The notes beneath the pieces were generated by a model, which saw only the letters and a list, made by a program, of their open reading frames with translations, searched no databases and was not told the DNA's origin. A DNA stretch of 64,000 nt from Candidatus Altimarinota bacterium (GTDB taxonomy: Bacteria > Patescibacteriota > Gracilibacteria > JBDHUY01), in NCBI GenBank assembly GCA_039809385.1, contig JBDHUY010000002.1, positions 132,058-196,057 of the forward strand, given 5' to 3'. Both the position numbers and the translations under genes were made by a program. Positions 18,091 to 28,017 of the stretch are shown here, one piece after another (position 1 is the stretch's first letter; every line of letters begins with the position of its first letter).

Positions 18091-19391
18091 ATGCTGTTCA
18101 CGGCCGACCTGCATATCCATTCCAAATACGCGCGAGCCGTTTCGCCGCGCATGGTTTTGGCCGAGCTCGATCGTTGGGCACAAGACAAAGGAATTTTGGT
18201 CATGGGCACCGGCGATTTTACGCATCATGCCTGGATGCGGGAACTGGAAGCACAACTGGAAGAGGCGGAACCGGGACTCTACAAATTGAAAAAAGAGTAC
18301 CGACTTCCTACGATCAGCGGAAAAATTCCCAAGACCCGTTTTCTACTGAGTGTCGAAATCGCCTGCATCTACTCGCGCGGCGGCAGGGTACGAAAAATTC
18401 ACCATCTGGTATTTGTCCCTTCTTTGAAAAGAGCCAAAGAGTTCAATGCAATTCTGTCCAAACGCGGGAATCTCGCGGCAGACGGACGTCCTATCATCGG
18501 CATGGACTCGCGAGAACTGGCCGATATCGTCTACCATGTGGATCCGCAAAACGTGATTATTCCGGCACACGCCTGGACGCCCTGGTTTGGTATATTCGGC
18601 TCCAAATCGGGCTTCGACAGCCTGGAAGAATGTTTCGGTCCGTTTACTCAAACCATATTTGCAATAGAAACGGGGCTTTCGAGCGACCCGGCCATGAACT
18701 GGCGCCTGTCAATACTGGACAAGATTGCCCTTATTTCTAATTCGGACTCACATAGTCCCGAACGGATCGGGCGGGAAGTAAATATCTTTGACACAGACCT
18801 ATCCTACCAGGGCATCATGGAAGCAATTAAAAGCAACCATCCTGGCAAGTTCAAGAAAACCGTCGAGTTTTATCCCGAAGAAGGTATGTACCATATCGAC
18901 GGACACCGCGCAACATTGCTTTTATACCGGCAGAATCGAAAGCGCATAATTTTCTATGCCCGGTATGTAAGCGCCCCCTGACGATCGGGGTCATGAACCG
19001 GATCGAGCAATTGGCCGACCGGCCTGAGATTCCGCCAGCCGGAGACCGGGTTCCGTTCACGCATATGATTCCCTTGGATGAGATTATCAGTGAATCTTTA
19101 CAGGTAGGTAAAGCCAGTAAAAAGGTGAAGGTACTCTATGACATTTTGATCAAAGCTTTTGAACAAGAATTAAAGATATTGCTCGACCTGCCACTTACAG
19201 AGATTGCATCAGTAGATACTCGCGTAGCCGAAGGAATCGGCAAAGTACGAAAAGGAGAGCTACAGATTTCTCCCGGGTTTGACGGTCAGTATGGGCAGGT
19301 GCATATTTTCAAAAATGTAGCAGAATTCCCACTTGCCATACAAAAGGAGCAGAGAACAAGCTCTGAGAGTTCGCAGCCAGGTTTATTTTAG
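18091..19391 (+). pseudogene. PHP-domain (endonuclease Q / UvrD-associated) gene split by a frameshift near 18910
   Basis: ADLHIHSKY, GTGDFTH, IPAHAWTPW, SNSDSHS and YHIDGHR. The shifted frame continues NIAFIPAESKAHNFLCPVCKRPLTIGVMNRIEQLADR to PGFDGQYG. Confidence 0.85.
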
Positions 19392-19533
19392 AGGGCCTTT
19401 GACATTCGCAGATCTTTGGACCTTGCCCGCCTACCTCTGGACGTAGCGAGTCCGGTGTGGTTCATACAATGATGAACGAACTTGGTGTTCGCTGTTATGA
19501 AAGCCTCACACATCCTCAAGAGACGATTCGGCG

Positions 19534-19562
19534 TTGACATTCCCGGATCTAAAGGCTAGAAA
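19534..19562 (+). promoter_or_regulatory. Putative sigma70 promoter
   Basis: TTGACA-17 nt-TAGAAA upstream of the dGTPase gene. Confidence 0.45.
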
Positions 19563-19589
19563 AGAGACAGTATGTAAAAATAATGTTTT

Positions 19590-20780
19590 ATGCGCCCAAC
19601 TGTCAAAAATCAGATAGAAACTGACCAGGACTTAATCCTGGCCGTTTATGCCTGCCGCAACAAAAACGGATCAGAACGAGTCCATCCAGAGGAAGCCGAT
19701 AAATTCCGGACCGATTTTCAACGCGACCGCGACCGGGTCTTGCATAGCCGTAGTTTTCGAAGACTGCAGGGAAAAACCCAGGTATTTCGCGTCGGCGAGG
19801 GCGACCATTATCGCAACCGCATGACGCATAGTCTGGAAGTACAGCAGATCGCCCGGGATCTGGGGCGATCATTAAAACTCAATGAGGACTTGATCGAAAC
19901 GATCGCGCTATGTCACGATCTGGGACATCCGCCTTTTGCGCATGCCGGACAGGATAGTCTGGAACATATCATGAAAACTTTCGGAGAAACGTTCGAACAT
20001 AATCAGCAAAGCCGTCGTATCGTCGAGCTGCTGGAGCATCCCTATCCGCAATTTTCTGGATTAAATCTGACCAAAGCATCGCTGGACGGTTTGTTAAAAC
20101 ACCTCCCACTATTCGGCCACGATAAAAAAGTCCAAAAACTGAATACGTTGGAATCGCAGGTGGTAGATATCGCCGACGAGATTGCTTACTACCATCACGA
20201 TCTGGACGACGGATTCCGTTCCAAGATTTTGGATATGACGCATATGCTGAAAAATGTCTATTTGATCCGCGAGGCCTATGATTATTTAGAACACGCGTAC
20301 AAAATGAAACTGGACGGAGTTTTTTTGCGTTCCAGACTGTTGAAACGGGTTGTAGACCGTTTGGTCCGCGATGTGTGGGAGGCCAGCCTCCAACGGATCG
20401 GTCAAAAGAAGATCAAAACCTTCGACGATCTGCAGAAAATTTCCGATCCGCTGATCGGTTTTTCGGCCGAGATGGCACCGCAGGTAAAGACCTTGAGACG
20501 CTATCTTTACGATAATTTTTATTTCTCTTCTTATATAAAACAACAAGCAAAAGAAGCCGATACGGTTATTACGACGCTGTTCGAGTATTTTCAAAAACAC
20601 CCCCGAACTCTTCCCGATGAAGAACAGGCCCGGATCAAACAGGGCGATACGGTACCGATTGTCATAAAAGACTACATTGCGGGCATGACCGACCGGTTTG
20701 CGCTCACTATCTATCAGGAAGTGAATCCGAAGCGAAAACTTTCGGCCACGCAGTTGAGTCTGCTGGAGAAGCAGGAATAA
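19590..20780 (+). CDS. dgt: dGTP triphosphohydrolase-like HD protein
   Basis: RTDFQRDRDRVLHSRSFRRLQGKTQVF, RMTHSLEV, HDLGHPPFAHAG, ADEIAY..HDLDD and DYIAGMTD. Confidence 0.95.
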   Translation: MRPTVKNQIETDQDLILAVYACRNKNGSERVHPEEADKFRTDFQRDRDRVLHSRSFRRLQGKTQVFRVGEGDHYRNRMTHSLEVQQIARDLGRSLKLNEDLIETIALCHDLGHPPFAHAGQDSLEHIMKTFGETFEHNQQSRRIVELLEHPYPQFSGLNLTKASLDGLLKHLPLFGHDKKVQKLNTLESQVVDIADEIAYYHHDLDDGFRSKILDMTHMLKNVYLIREAYDYLEHAYKMKLDGVFLRSRLLKRVVDRLVRDVWEASLQRIGQKKIKTFDDLQKISDPLIGFSAEMAPQVKTLRRYLYDNFYFSSYIKQQAKEADTVITTLFEYFQKHPRTLPDEEQARIKQGDTVPIVIKDYIAGMTDRFALTIYQEVNPKRKLSATQLSLLEKQE

Positions 20781-20863
20781 GCATCAGGATACCTGTCACT
20801 TTGAGTGAGAGCGAAGAGTCTCGTACTAGCTTTTAGCACGAAATTACTGGCTGCCTTGCTACC

Positions 20864-21502
20864 CTATTGTTCCCCTCGCACCTCGATAATGCGGGTAATG
20901 ATTTTGGCGGTCTGTTCGCGGGTAACGGGGTCGTTGACGCCAAAACGGTTCACATCGTAGCCGATCATGATCGCGTAGCTGTTCATCGTGGTAATAAATT
21001 CGCGGGCCCAAGAAGCCTGTTCGATATCCTGAAAAAATATTTCCGGTTCCGTCCGGGGAGCCAAAGCAGATGCACCGGCAAAAGCCTTAGCGGCCTGGGC
21101 CCGAGTCACAGTATCGGCGACACCGAATACGCCGGTCAGATTACCGTTTGTATCTTTGTAACCGGTCATGAGGTTATATTTGGCGGCAGTAGCGACATAG
21201 GTATAAGCCCAATGTTCGGGTGTAATATCTTTAAATTTGGGTGCGTCGGTCGTATCGTAATCGTTGATCAAACCAGTATAGAGAGCCATCTTGCAGACCA
21301 GTTTGGCCAGCTCGGCCCGGTTAAGATTGCGGGTGGGATAAAAAACCGGCTTGTTGTCAAAAAAGCCTTTTTCCACGGCTGTCTGTACATAGCTGTACGA
21401 CCAGGCACCGGGAGGTACATCACTAAAAGCGGCGGCCTTTATTACGGGAAAAAGTCCCAGGATGAGAGCAAGGATAAAAAAACGAAAAATGGGAGATTTC
21501 AT
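20864..21502 (-). CDS. Secreted S-layer homology (SLH) domain protein
   Basis: Signal peptide then three SLH repeats (FSDV...NRAE, FKDI...TRAQ, FQDI...TREQ). Confidence 0.9.
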   Translation of the reverse strand: MKSPIFRFFILALILGLFPVIKAAAFSDVPPGAWSYSYVQTAVEKGFFDNKPVFYPTRNLNRAELAKLVCKMALYTGLINDYDTTDAPKFKDITPEHWAYTYVATAAKYNLMTGYKDTNGNLTGVFGVADTVTRAQAAKAFAGASALAPRTEPEIFFQDIEQASWAREFITTMNSYAIMIGYDVNRFGVNDPVTREQTAKIITRIIEVRGEQ

Positions 21503-21649
21503 GAAAAATATGTTACAGAACTTAGCTCTAGTTGTAACAGACCGATCTCCACTTTGCAACTGGCAAGCAAGATTTCCGAAGAAACAGAAACCATCCGCGG
21601 ACAATACCAGCTCCCGGACATTACTGCCACAATACCGGTCTTGTCTTTT

Positions 21650-22114
21650 TTACTTTTTGTGTTTCCTTCGGGCAACCTTTAACTGTGCCAAAGCACGTTC
21701 CAGCATCGCCGCGGCACCGGCGAATTCCTGATCAGAGAGGGTAACTTTATGCTGCTGGTAATCACGTAATAATTGTTCGGCTTTGTTTTTGGCTTCCATG
21801 GCTTTTTGTTCGTCAATCGAGTCGATGCGCAAAGCGCTGTCGGCAATAATATTTACCACGCTGCCGGGTTTGACCTCCATGAAACCGCCCGAAATAGCGA
21901 CATAGATGATATCTGGGGCGTAAATTCCTTCTCCTTCGTTGACTTTAAGCTTTACTTCTCCGGCTTTGAGCTGGGTGATCAATGGCAAATGATTAGGCAA
22001 TACCGTTATTTGTCCCAAAGCGGTGGGCGCGCTGACCGCCCGTACCCGGCCCTTGAAAAGCGGATTATCCAGCGTCACAATGTCCAAAGTTAAAAAATCG
22101 CTATTTTCGCTCAT
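21650..22114 (-). CDS. atpC: ATP synthase F1 epsilon subunit (outside the atp operon)
   Basis: LDIVT..., GQITVLPNHLPLIT, AISGGFMEV, IDEQKAMEAKNKAE and LERALAQLKVAR. Confidence 0.93.
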   Translation of the reverse strand: MSENSDFLTLDIVTLDNPLFKGRVRAVSAPTALGQITVLPNHLPLITQLKAGEVKLKVNEGEGIYAPDIIYVAISGGFMEVKPGSVVNIIADSALRIDSIDEQKAMEAKNKAEQLLRDYQQHKVTLSDQEFAGAAAMLERALAQLKVARRKHKK

Positions 22115-22227
22115 ATACCAGATGTAAAAAAACAAAATCGGCCATCGCGAGAAAAACGTAAGAAAGTATACCACGGTACGAGACGGGAGCTCAAGACCTT
22201 ATTTGAGAGCAGTAGCAAACAATCGGG

Positions 22228-22827
22228 TCAGGTCGAAACCGAAAGCAGGATACTGATTTTTTCAGCCACCCAGTAGATCACTGTCCCGATAATCGAGATA
22301 TGTGTCACGTATTCAAACAGAAGAATCGTTAAGAGGATGTAAGGCCCTACTCGAAAATACTCGTCCATCTGCTCATCGAATTTATGCGGAACGAAATAGC
22401 GAAAAACTTTGGCGCCATCCAGCGGATGAATCGGAAAAAGATTGAAAATGAACAGTAACAGATTCACGCCATACATACTTGAGAGATAAGGATAGAGTGG
22501 CGAGAGGTACGAGACGTACTTAAGGGGTATCGCCACAAGAAGGGCCAGGAGAAAGTTGGATACAGGTCCACTCAAAGAAATCAGAAAAGACCCCAAACGG
22601 GGATTTTTCAGATAGTACGGATTGAACGGTACGGGTTTGCCCCAGCCGAAATGGACAAGTAACAACATAATCGTCCCGACAGGATCGAGATGTACCAGCG
22701 GATTAAGAGACAGGCGTCCCTCGTATTTTGCCGTGGGATCGCCGAGATAATTGGCTACCCAGGCGTGGCAGAATTCGTGAATCGTAATGGCTATGACAAG
22801 GGCAACAATGTTGGGTATAAAATCCAT
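22228..22827 (-). CDS. Site-2 protease family (M50) membrane metalloprotease
   Basis: HEFCH, GDPTA..GRLSLNPLVHLDP, GWGKPVP and FNLFPIHPLDG. Confidence 0.93.
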   Translation of the reverse strand: MDFIPNIVALVIAITIHEFCHAWVANYLGDPTAKYEGRLSLNPLVHLDPVGTIMLLLVHFGWGKPVPFNPYYLKNPRLGSFLISLSGPVSNFLLALLVAIPLKYVSYLSPLYPYLSSMYGVNLLLFIFNLFPIHPLDGAKVFRYFVPHKFDEQMDEYFRVGPYILLTILLFEYVTHISIIGTVIYWVAEKISILLSVST

Positions 22828-22916
22828 TTTGGCTTGCTTTTTAATGATTCTCCGCGTACGATAGTCACCGTACAATTTTCATAGTAAACGTACATTTACC
22901 TTTTTTCAACCTAAAT

Positions 22917-23102
22917 ATGGCTGCTCGCTGTGAAATGTGCGGCAAAGAACCCAGTTCGGGACACAACGTATCGCACTCCAACCGTAAAACCAAACGCCGT
23001 TTCATGCCCAATCTGGTGCAAAAACAGATCTTCGACTCGGCGCATAGTGTCATGGTGCGAACCAAGATCTGTACCCGCTGTTTAAAGACACTCGGAAAAT
23101 AA
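22917..23102 (+). CDS. rpmB: 50S ribosomal protein L28 (Zn-ribbon form)
   Basis: CEMCGK...GHNVSHSNRKTKRRFMPNL...CTRCLK. Confidence 0.96.
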   Translation: MAARCEMCGKEPSSGHNVSHSNRKTKRRFMPNLVQKQIFDSAHSVMVRTKICTRCLKTLGK

Positions 23103-23121
23103 GAATTGTATTCCATACGAC

Positions 23122-23160
23122 AAAAAAAGAGAAGTCAGGAAATGGCTTCTCTTTTTTTTT
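23122..23160. terminator. Bidirectional intrinsic terminator
   Basis: AAAAAAAGAGAAGTCA-GGAAA-TGGCTTCTCTTTTTTTTT between converging genes. Confidence 0.8.
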
Positions 23161-23224
23161 GTAGATTCCCAGTATGGTTTCATATTGGTTTTGGCCATCG
23201 TTATCTATGGCCGTCTTCAAAAAA

Positions 23225-23884
23225 TTACCCCTTCATCGTCAGCGGATTCTTTTTGAGCAAGTGGGCATAATAGAGAGTATTGCGCGCCAGGTTTTTAGCC
23301 ATATGCTGGGTTGCCTTGTTTTCGCGACGTCGTTTGGTACTGTCAAAGATACCGACTTCACCGACCCAATAAGCAGCACATTCTGGAGGCAACGTAAATC
23401 CCAGCCAGGCTAATACCATCATAATCGAGCCCATAACGTGGAGCGCCCCGTCTTCGCTGCCGGTAATTACCAGTCCTGCTACTTTGTTATATAAAGCGCT
23501 GCGGCCATTGGCAATATACTCTTCATCCAGGGCATCCATCCGCTCGATTACCCGCTGCATGAGACTCGAGCGCTCTCCCCACCAGATAGGCGTGGCAAAC
23601 AAAATAATATCCGCGGCTTTGATCTTGGTAACGACATCCGGCCACTGATCCCGCTCGTTTTCCCGAAACTCCAGTCCCACCGGAACCTCCAGATCAGACA
23701 TGCGTACGATTTCTGTTTTTACATCCGCATCGATCTCTTTCATAGTATCCAGTACCAGCTGAGCCAGTTCTCCGGTATTAGAAAATTCGGGCTCATGCTT
23801 AAGTGAGCAATTCAAGACCAAAACGTTTAGACTTTCCCCGCAGTGGTGCATATTGCAATCCAGCGTCGGTTTAGGTTTGTACAT
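23225..23884 (-). CDS. Flavodoxin-like NAD(P)H-dependent FMN reductase family protein
   Basis: LNCSLK...SNT, ADIILFATPIWWG, VIERMD and NKVAGLVITGSEDGA. Confidence 0.88.
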   Translation of the reverse strand: MYKPKPTLDCNMHHCGESLNVLVLNCSLKHEPEFSNTGELAQLVLDTMKEIDADVKTEIVRMSDLEVPVGLEFRENERDQWPDVVTKIKAADIILFATPIWWGERSSLMQRVIERMDALDEEYIANGRSALYNKVAGLVITGSEDGALHVMGSIMMVLAWLGFTLPPECAAYWVGEVGIFDSTKRRRENKATQHMAKNLARNTLYYAHLLKKNPLTMKG

Positions 23885-23964
23885 AAACAGAGATAAAAAT
23901 ATAAAATAACCTGTACGCCAGTATACCATCAAAAAATACAGAATCGAGAATTTGAAATGATTTT

Positions 23965-25518
23965 TTATTTTACTCCTGCTTTTTCAGATTTTTCATCATC
24001 CTGTCTTCGCATGAGCATCTGTATCTGTTCTTTGCGAATAGCTTTGGTCAAAATCAGCAGTATGACGTAGATCAATCCGCCGAACAACATCAAAAGGACA
24101 ATACCTTTATTCTGAAAAGCAGCGATTACCGGATTCTTGGAAAAATATACCGCCAATCCCATACCTATGCCGGCAATACTTATCTTTAAAATACTGGCCC
24201 AGTCGATCGAGAAACGTAAATAGCGGCGGCTGACCCAAAAAGTCCAGAACAACACAAATACCTCGGACACGACCGTAATCACCGCCGAAGCCTGAAAGCC
24301 CCAGAAGGGAATAGTACAGGCGTTCAGCAAAATATTCAGTAACACGGCACCGCTGTTGATCAACAACAGCTTTTTCTGCTGGTCTACCGAGACGAGCAGA
24401 TAAATAAACAAGTTATTGATAAACGAAACGAACAGCGCGCCCGACAACACCTTTAAAGCCCAGTCGGAACCAATAAAACCAAGCGCATAATCGGTCAGAT
24501 ATTCGGGAGAAGAGATCAAGTAAATAATTTGATACGACATAACGGCAAGTCCGATAAAGATCGGCAGCCCGAGCGCAAATAAAAAAGAGAAAGAATACCG
24601 TAGCAATTCCCTGATTTTTTCGTTTTTATCTTCCAGATAGCGGGTCATCACCGGCAGGACCGTACTCATAAACAGGATCGGCAAGACATTGATCACTTCG
24701 ATCACCTTGGTCGCAGTACTGTAGAGGCCGACTTGGGCACTAGCTTTTTCGCCCAGCAGCAGTGAGAGCATCAGACCGTCGACACGAATATAAATAGTCC
24801 CCAGGATAAGGGCTATACCGTAGGGTAAAGATTCTTTCATTAAGCGCTTCCACACATCGAGATTGAACTTATACGTAATCGTGACAATCCGCTTGGAATA
24901 GAAAAGTGTCACTAGCACCATCGAAATACTGCTGACAATACCAACCAGGATCGTCAGATAAAATCCGTAATCGGCCAAAATGGGATTGGATACGAACTGC
25001 TCTTTGGGCAACAGGCCAAAAGCAATCACGGCCAAGCCGAGCACGCTGACGACTTTGCCGACAATCAAACTCAGCGTGGCATACTGCATTTTCAGATATG
25101 TTTGAAAGACACTTACCAACACACCGTTGATCAAAGCAATCACCGTTCCTATTCCAGAGATCAATATTCCCAGCGGAATAACCGTATTTTGATACTGCGG
25201 GATGAAAAATGCGGCAAAACAAGCTCCGCCGATGCTGAGTGTCGCCAGCAGTGTGCGGATGCTGAGAATATTACCGATAATCAACGGAACTTTCTCTTCG
25301 TTTTTGGCCATTTCCCGTACCGCGATCGTATAGATACCCAAGTCGGCGATAATGCTGAAAAACGCCAGATAGATATAGACGGTGTTATATTCCCCGTACG
25401 TCTCGGGGCTTAGATAATTCGTCAGGATTTTAACCGCGAAAATGCTGAAAACCGCGATAACAACTTTGCCGAGAATCTGAACAACGGTATTTGAAAAAAT
25501 TTTACGGGCGGTAGACAT
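23965..25518 (-). CDS. Polysaccharide flippase (Wzx-like, MOP family)
   Basis: ~14 TM segments; NTVVQILGK, ADLGI, IYIRVD and VGLYS. Confidence 0.9.
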   Translation of the reverse strand: MSTARKIFSNTVVQILGKVVIAVFSIFAVKILTNYLSPETYGEYNTVYIYLAFFSIIADLGIYTIAVREMAKNEEKVPLIIGNILSIRTLLATLSIGGACFAAFFIPQYQNTVIPLGILISGIGTVIALINGVLVSVFQTYLKMQYATLSLIVGKVVSVLGLAVIAFGLLPKEQFVSNPILADYGFYLTILVGIVSSISMVLVTLFYSKRIVTITYKFNLDVWKRLMKESLPYGIALILGTIYIRVDGLMLSLLLGEKASAQVGLYSTATKVIEVINVLPILFMSTVLPVMTRYLEDKNEKIRELLRYSFSFLFALGLPIFIGLAVMSYQIIYLISSPEYLTDYALGFIGSDWALKVLSGALFVSFINNLFIYLLVSVDQQKKLLLINSGAVLLNILLNACTIPFWGFQASAVITVVSEVFVLFWTFWVSRRYLRFSIDWASILKISIAGIGMGLAVYFSKNPVIAAFQNKGIVLLMLFGGLIYVILLILTKAIRKEQIQMLMRRQDDEKSEKAGVK

Positions 25519-25764
25519 GGGAGCAGGGTAAACGTATTACGGAGTATCTATGAAGTATGGGCTACCAGAGATTGGCGGCCAGCAGCCAGTTAAAAAACCA
25601 AAATTTTGTACCAATTTCCGCAAATCCCGATCAATTTCTCGAATACCGCGTAACTCTAGCATGAAAGCTGGAAACAAGACAAATATTTATCCTTAATCCC
25701 GAGAGGGTATTTTTATCTGTCTATTGATTTTCGTTGCTTGTCGTGATACAAGTTATATGTTTTT

Positions 25765-26022
25765 ATGAAAACAAACGACAAGAACAGCTCGGCTTCTGGA
25801 CAGATTTCTTCCCTGCGTTCTTCAAAAGGTTTGGCAGGTGTCGCACTCGAATTTGCTCTGCTGATAGCTCTGCCGCCTGTTATATTAGTCTTTCCGGCAG
25901 TATATCTGGATCTGCAATTCAGAACACAACCGATTTTAATACTGCTAAGCTTTGCTTTGTCAGGCTTTGCCTCGATAGTACTGGTAGCCCGAAAAATAAA
26001 ACAATACCAACGTAGTTTGTAA
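25765..26022 (+). CDS. AtpZ/AtpI-like small membrane protein
   Basis: Two TM helices around YLDLQFRTQP; first gene of the atp operon. Confidence 0.7.
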   Translation: MKTNDKNSSASGQISSLRSSKGLAGVALEFALLIALPPVILVFPAVYLDLQFRTQPILILLSFALSGFASIVLVARKIKQYQRSL

Positions 26023-26028
26023 ATTTAC

Positions 26029-26931
26029 ATGGAAATCTCTCTCAAAGCCGAAAAAATAACACAAATAGGTCCTTTCGATATAACCAACACGATGATTTCC
26101 TCGATAATCATCGTGGTTTTTTTTGTAATCCTGGCTTTTTTGATAAAAAGAACACGCTATGATCTAAAAAATACGCTATACCATCTTGTAGAAGTATTTG
26201 TAGAATGGTTTTATGGCATAGTGTCACAAATGCTGGGAAAAGGCAAAACCGCATTATATGTATTTCCACTGGTAGCAACTTTTTTTCTGTTTATTATTAC
26301 GAACAACTGGTTCGGACTTTTTCCGGGTGTAAATTCGGTCGGGATCTACGAACCGAAACATCATCAAGAAATTTCCCATGTTGAACCTGATCAACGGGAT
26401 ATAATTTCCCCGGGAGAAAAAGCTGCCGGAATCCTCGGAGAAGCCGTCCATACTTCAGAGACATCTACGGCAGATGAAGTATCTGCCGACAAAGAGGAGT
26501 TAGTCTTTGTTCCCCTTCTGCGTTCTGCAAACAGCGACATAAACATGACGCTCGCGATTGCACTAATTTCAATTGTCTTTGTTCAGATGATGGGCTTCAG
26601 ACAACTGGGTGTCAGAGACTATGCCGGCAAATTTTTCAATTTTAGCAATCCGATCAATTTTTTTATCGGGATTCTTGAGCTGATCAGCGAAACCATTAAA
26701 ATATTTTCATTTGCGTTTCGCCTGTTTGGCAATACGTTTGCCGGAGACGTTCTTTTGCTTGTGGTTTTCGGTCTTGTGCCGTATCTTATTCCGGCACCTT
26801 TCATTGCTTTCGAGCTGCTCGCCGGGTTTATCCAGGCTCTGGTTTTTTCAATGCTGACACTGGCATTTATCAAAACCGCAATTACCTCGCACCACCCGCC
26901 CCACGAGCAGCATGCCGTAACGGCACATTGA
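26029..26931 (+). CDS. atpB: ATP synthase Fo subunit a
   Basis: FIITNNWFGLFPG, SFAFRLFGNTFAG and FIQALVFSMLT. Confidence 0.96.
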   Translation: MEISLKAEKITQIGPFDITNTMISSIIIVVFFVILAFLIKRTRYDLKNTLYHLVEVFVEWFYGIVSQMLGKGKTALYVFPLVATFFLFIITNNWFGLFPGVNSVGIYEPKHHQEISHVEPDQRDIISPGEKAAGILGEAVHTSETSTADEVSADKEELVFVPLLRSANSDINMTLAIALISIVFVQMMGFRQLGVRDYAGKFFNFSNPINFFIGILELISETIKIFSFAFRLFGNTFAGDVLLLVVFGLVPYLIPAPFIAFELLAGFIQALVFSMLTLAFIKTAITSHHPPHEQHAVTAH

Positions 26932-27035
26932 CGAAGGCTTAGAATATGTTTAGTTAGCCCCTGACAAGACCCATGCAGAGCATTCCGACTTTATAAATTA
27001 CCATTTATTTTATTTCTTATTTTATTCTTATCTGT

Positions 27036-27254
27036 ATGACCAAAGAGTTTGCGATTGCATTTATGATGATGGCCGCTTCAATCGGTCCGGCCATTGCTAT
27101 CGGCTGGATGGCTTCTGCAGCATTCAATGCCGTAAGCCGTAATCCAGAAGCAGCCGACAAAATCATGGGAAACTTTTTGCTCCCTCTGGCCTTGGCCGAA
27201 GCGATTGCCATTTATTCGCTGGTAGTGGCTTTGGTGTTGAAATTCGTTGCCTAG
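27036..27254 (+). CDS. atpE: ATP synthase Fo subunit c
   Basis: Two TM helices, RNPEA loop, ion-binding Glu in LAEAIAIY. Confidence 0.95.
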   Translation: MTKEFAIAFMMMAASIGPAIAIGWMASAAFNAVSRNPEAADKIMGNFLLPLALAEAIAIYSLVVALVLKFVA

Positions 27255-27494
27255 ATTTTTGCCTTACCGGTCTGGTTGGATGTTGATCTTTCCCGCCGCG
27301 AGCAGCTACTGCTTTGCCGGGGGGATTGATGAGCAGCCAAAGACAATGCAAAGTGGAAAATGCAAAGTTTTATCGAATAAATCACAAATAATTTGTTAAC
27401 CTTCAGATCGTCACAAAACATAAGGTTTCTCATTTTTGCTTCTATTATGATATAAAAAGGAATTTTTGAACTTTTCACTTTGCATTTTTCACTT

Positions 27495-27995
27495 ATGAAT
27501 GAACTTCTCAACCAATTCGGCATTCAGGCGCATGTACTGATCGGACAAATACTCTTGTTTTTTATCGTTTTTTTCGTTTTGAAACGATATGTATTCGGTC
27601 CTGTACTACAACGACTGGAGGCACGACGCGGTACGATCGAGAAAAGTCTGGAACAGGCCAAAGAATTGGAAAACAAAACCCGTAATCTTCAACAGCAAAT
27701 AGACCAGCAGCTCGCCGAAGCAAAACTACAAGCAGATCGGATCATTCAGGATGCCAAGCAGATCGGGGAACAAGCACGCAACGAAATCCTGATCCGTACG
27801 AATAAGGAAATCACCGCGATGCTCGAAAAAGGGCGATTGGATATTGCCCGGGAAAAAGAAACGATGATGCAGGATATCAAAAAATATATTACCCAGACCA
27901 GTGTGGAAATAGTCAAAAAGATTTTGGCAGAGAAGCTGGACGAAGATACCAGTCAGAAACTGATCACAGAATCACTCGAAGAACTGCATCGTTAA
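27495..27995 (+). CDS. atpF: ATP synthase Fo subunit b
   Basis: N-terminal TM then coiled coil (LEARRGTIEKSLEQA); operon position. Confidence 0.93.
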   Translation: MNELLNQFGIQAHVLIGQILLFFIVFFVLKRYVFGPVLQRLEARRGTIEKSLEQAKELENKTRNLQQQIDQQLAEAKLQADRIIQDAKQIGEQARNEILIRTNKEITAMLEKGRLDIAREKETMMQDIKKYITQTSVEIVKKILAEKLDEDTSQKLITESLEELHR

Positions 27996-28017
27996 ATCCT
28001 CTCACTCTACGTTACAA

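Noticed and set aside
19590-20780. dGTPase as an anti-phage defence gene
   Set aside because: It sits in a housekeeping context with no defence neighbours, and nothing distinguishes it from the common dgt-like family.
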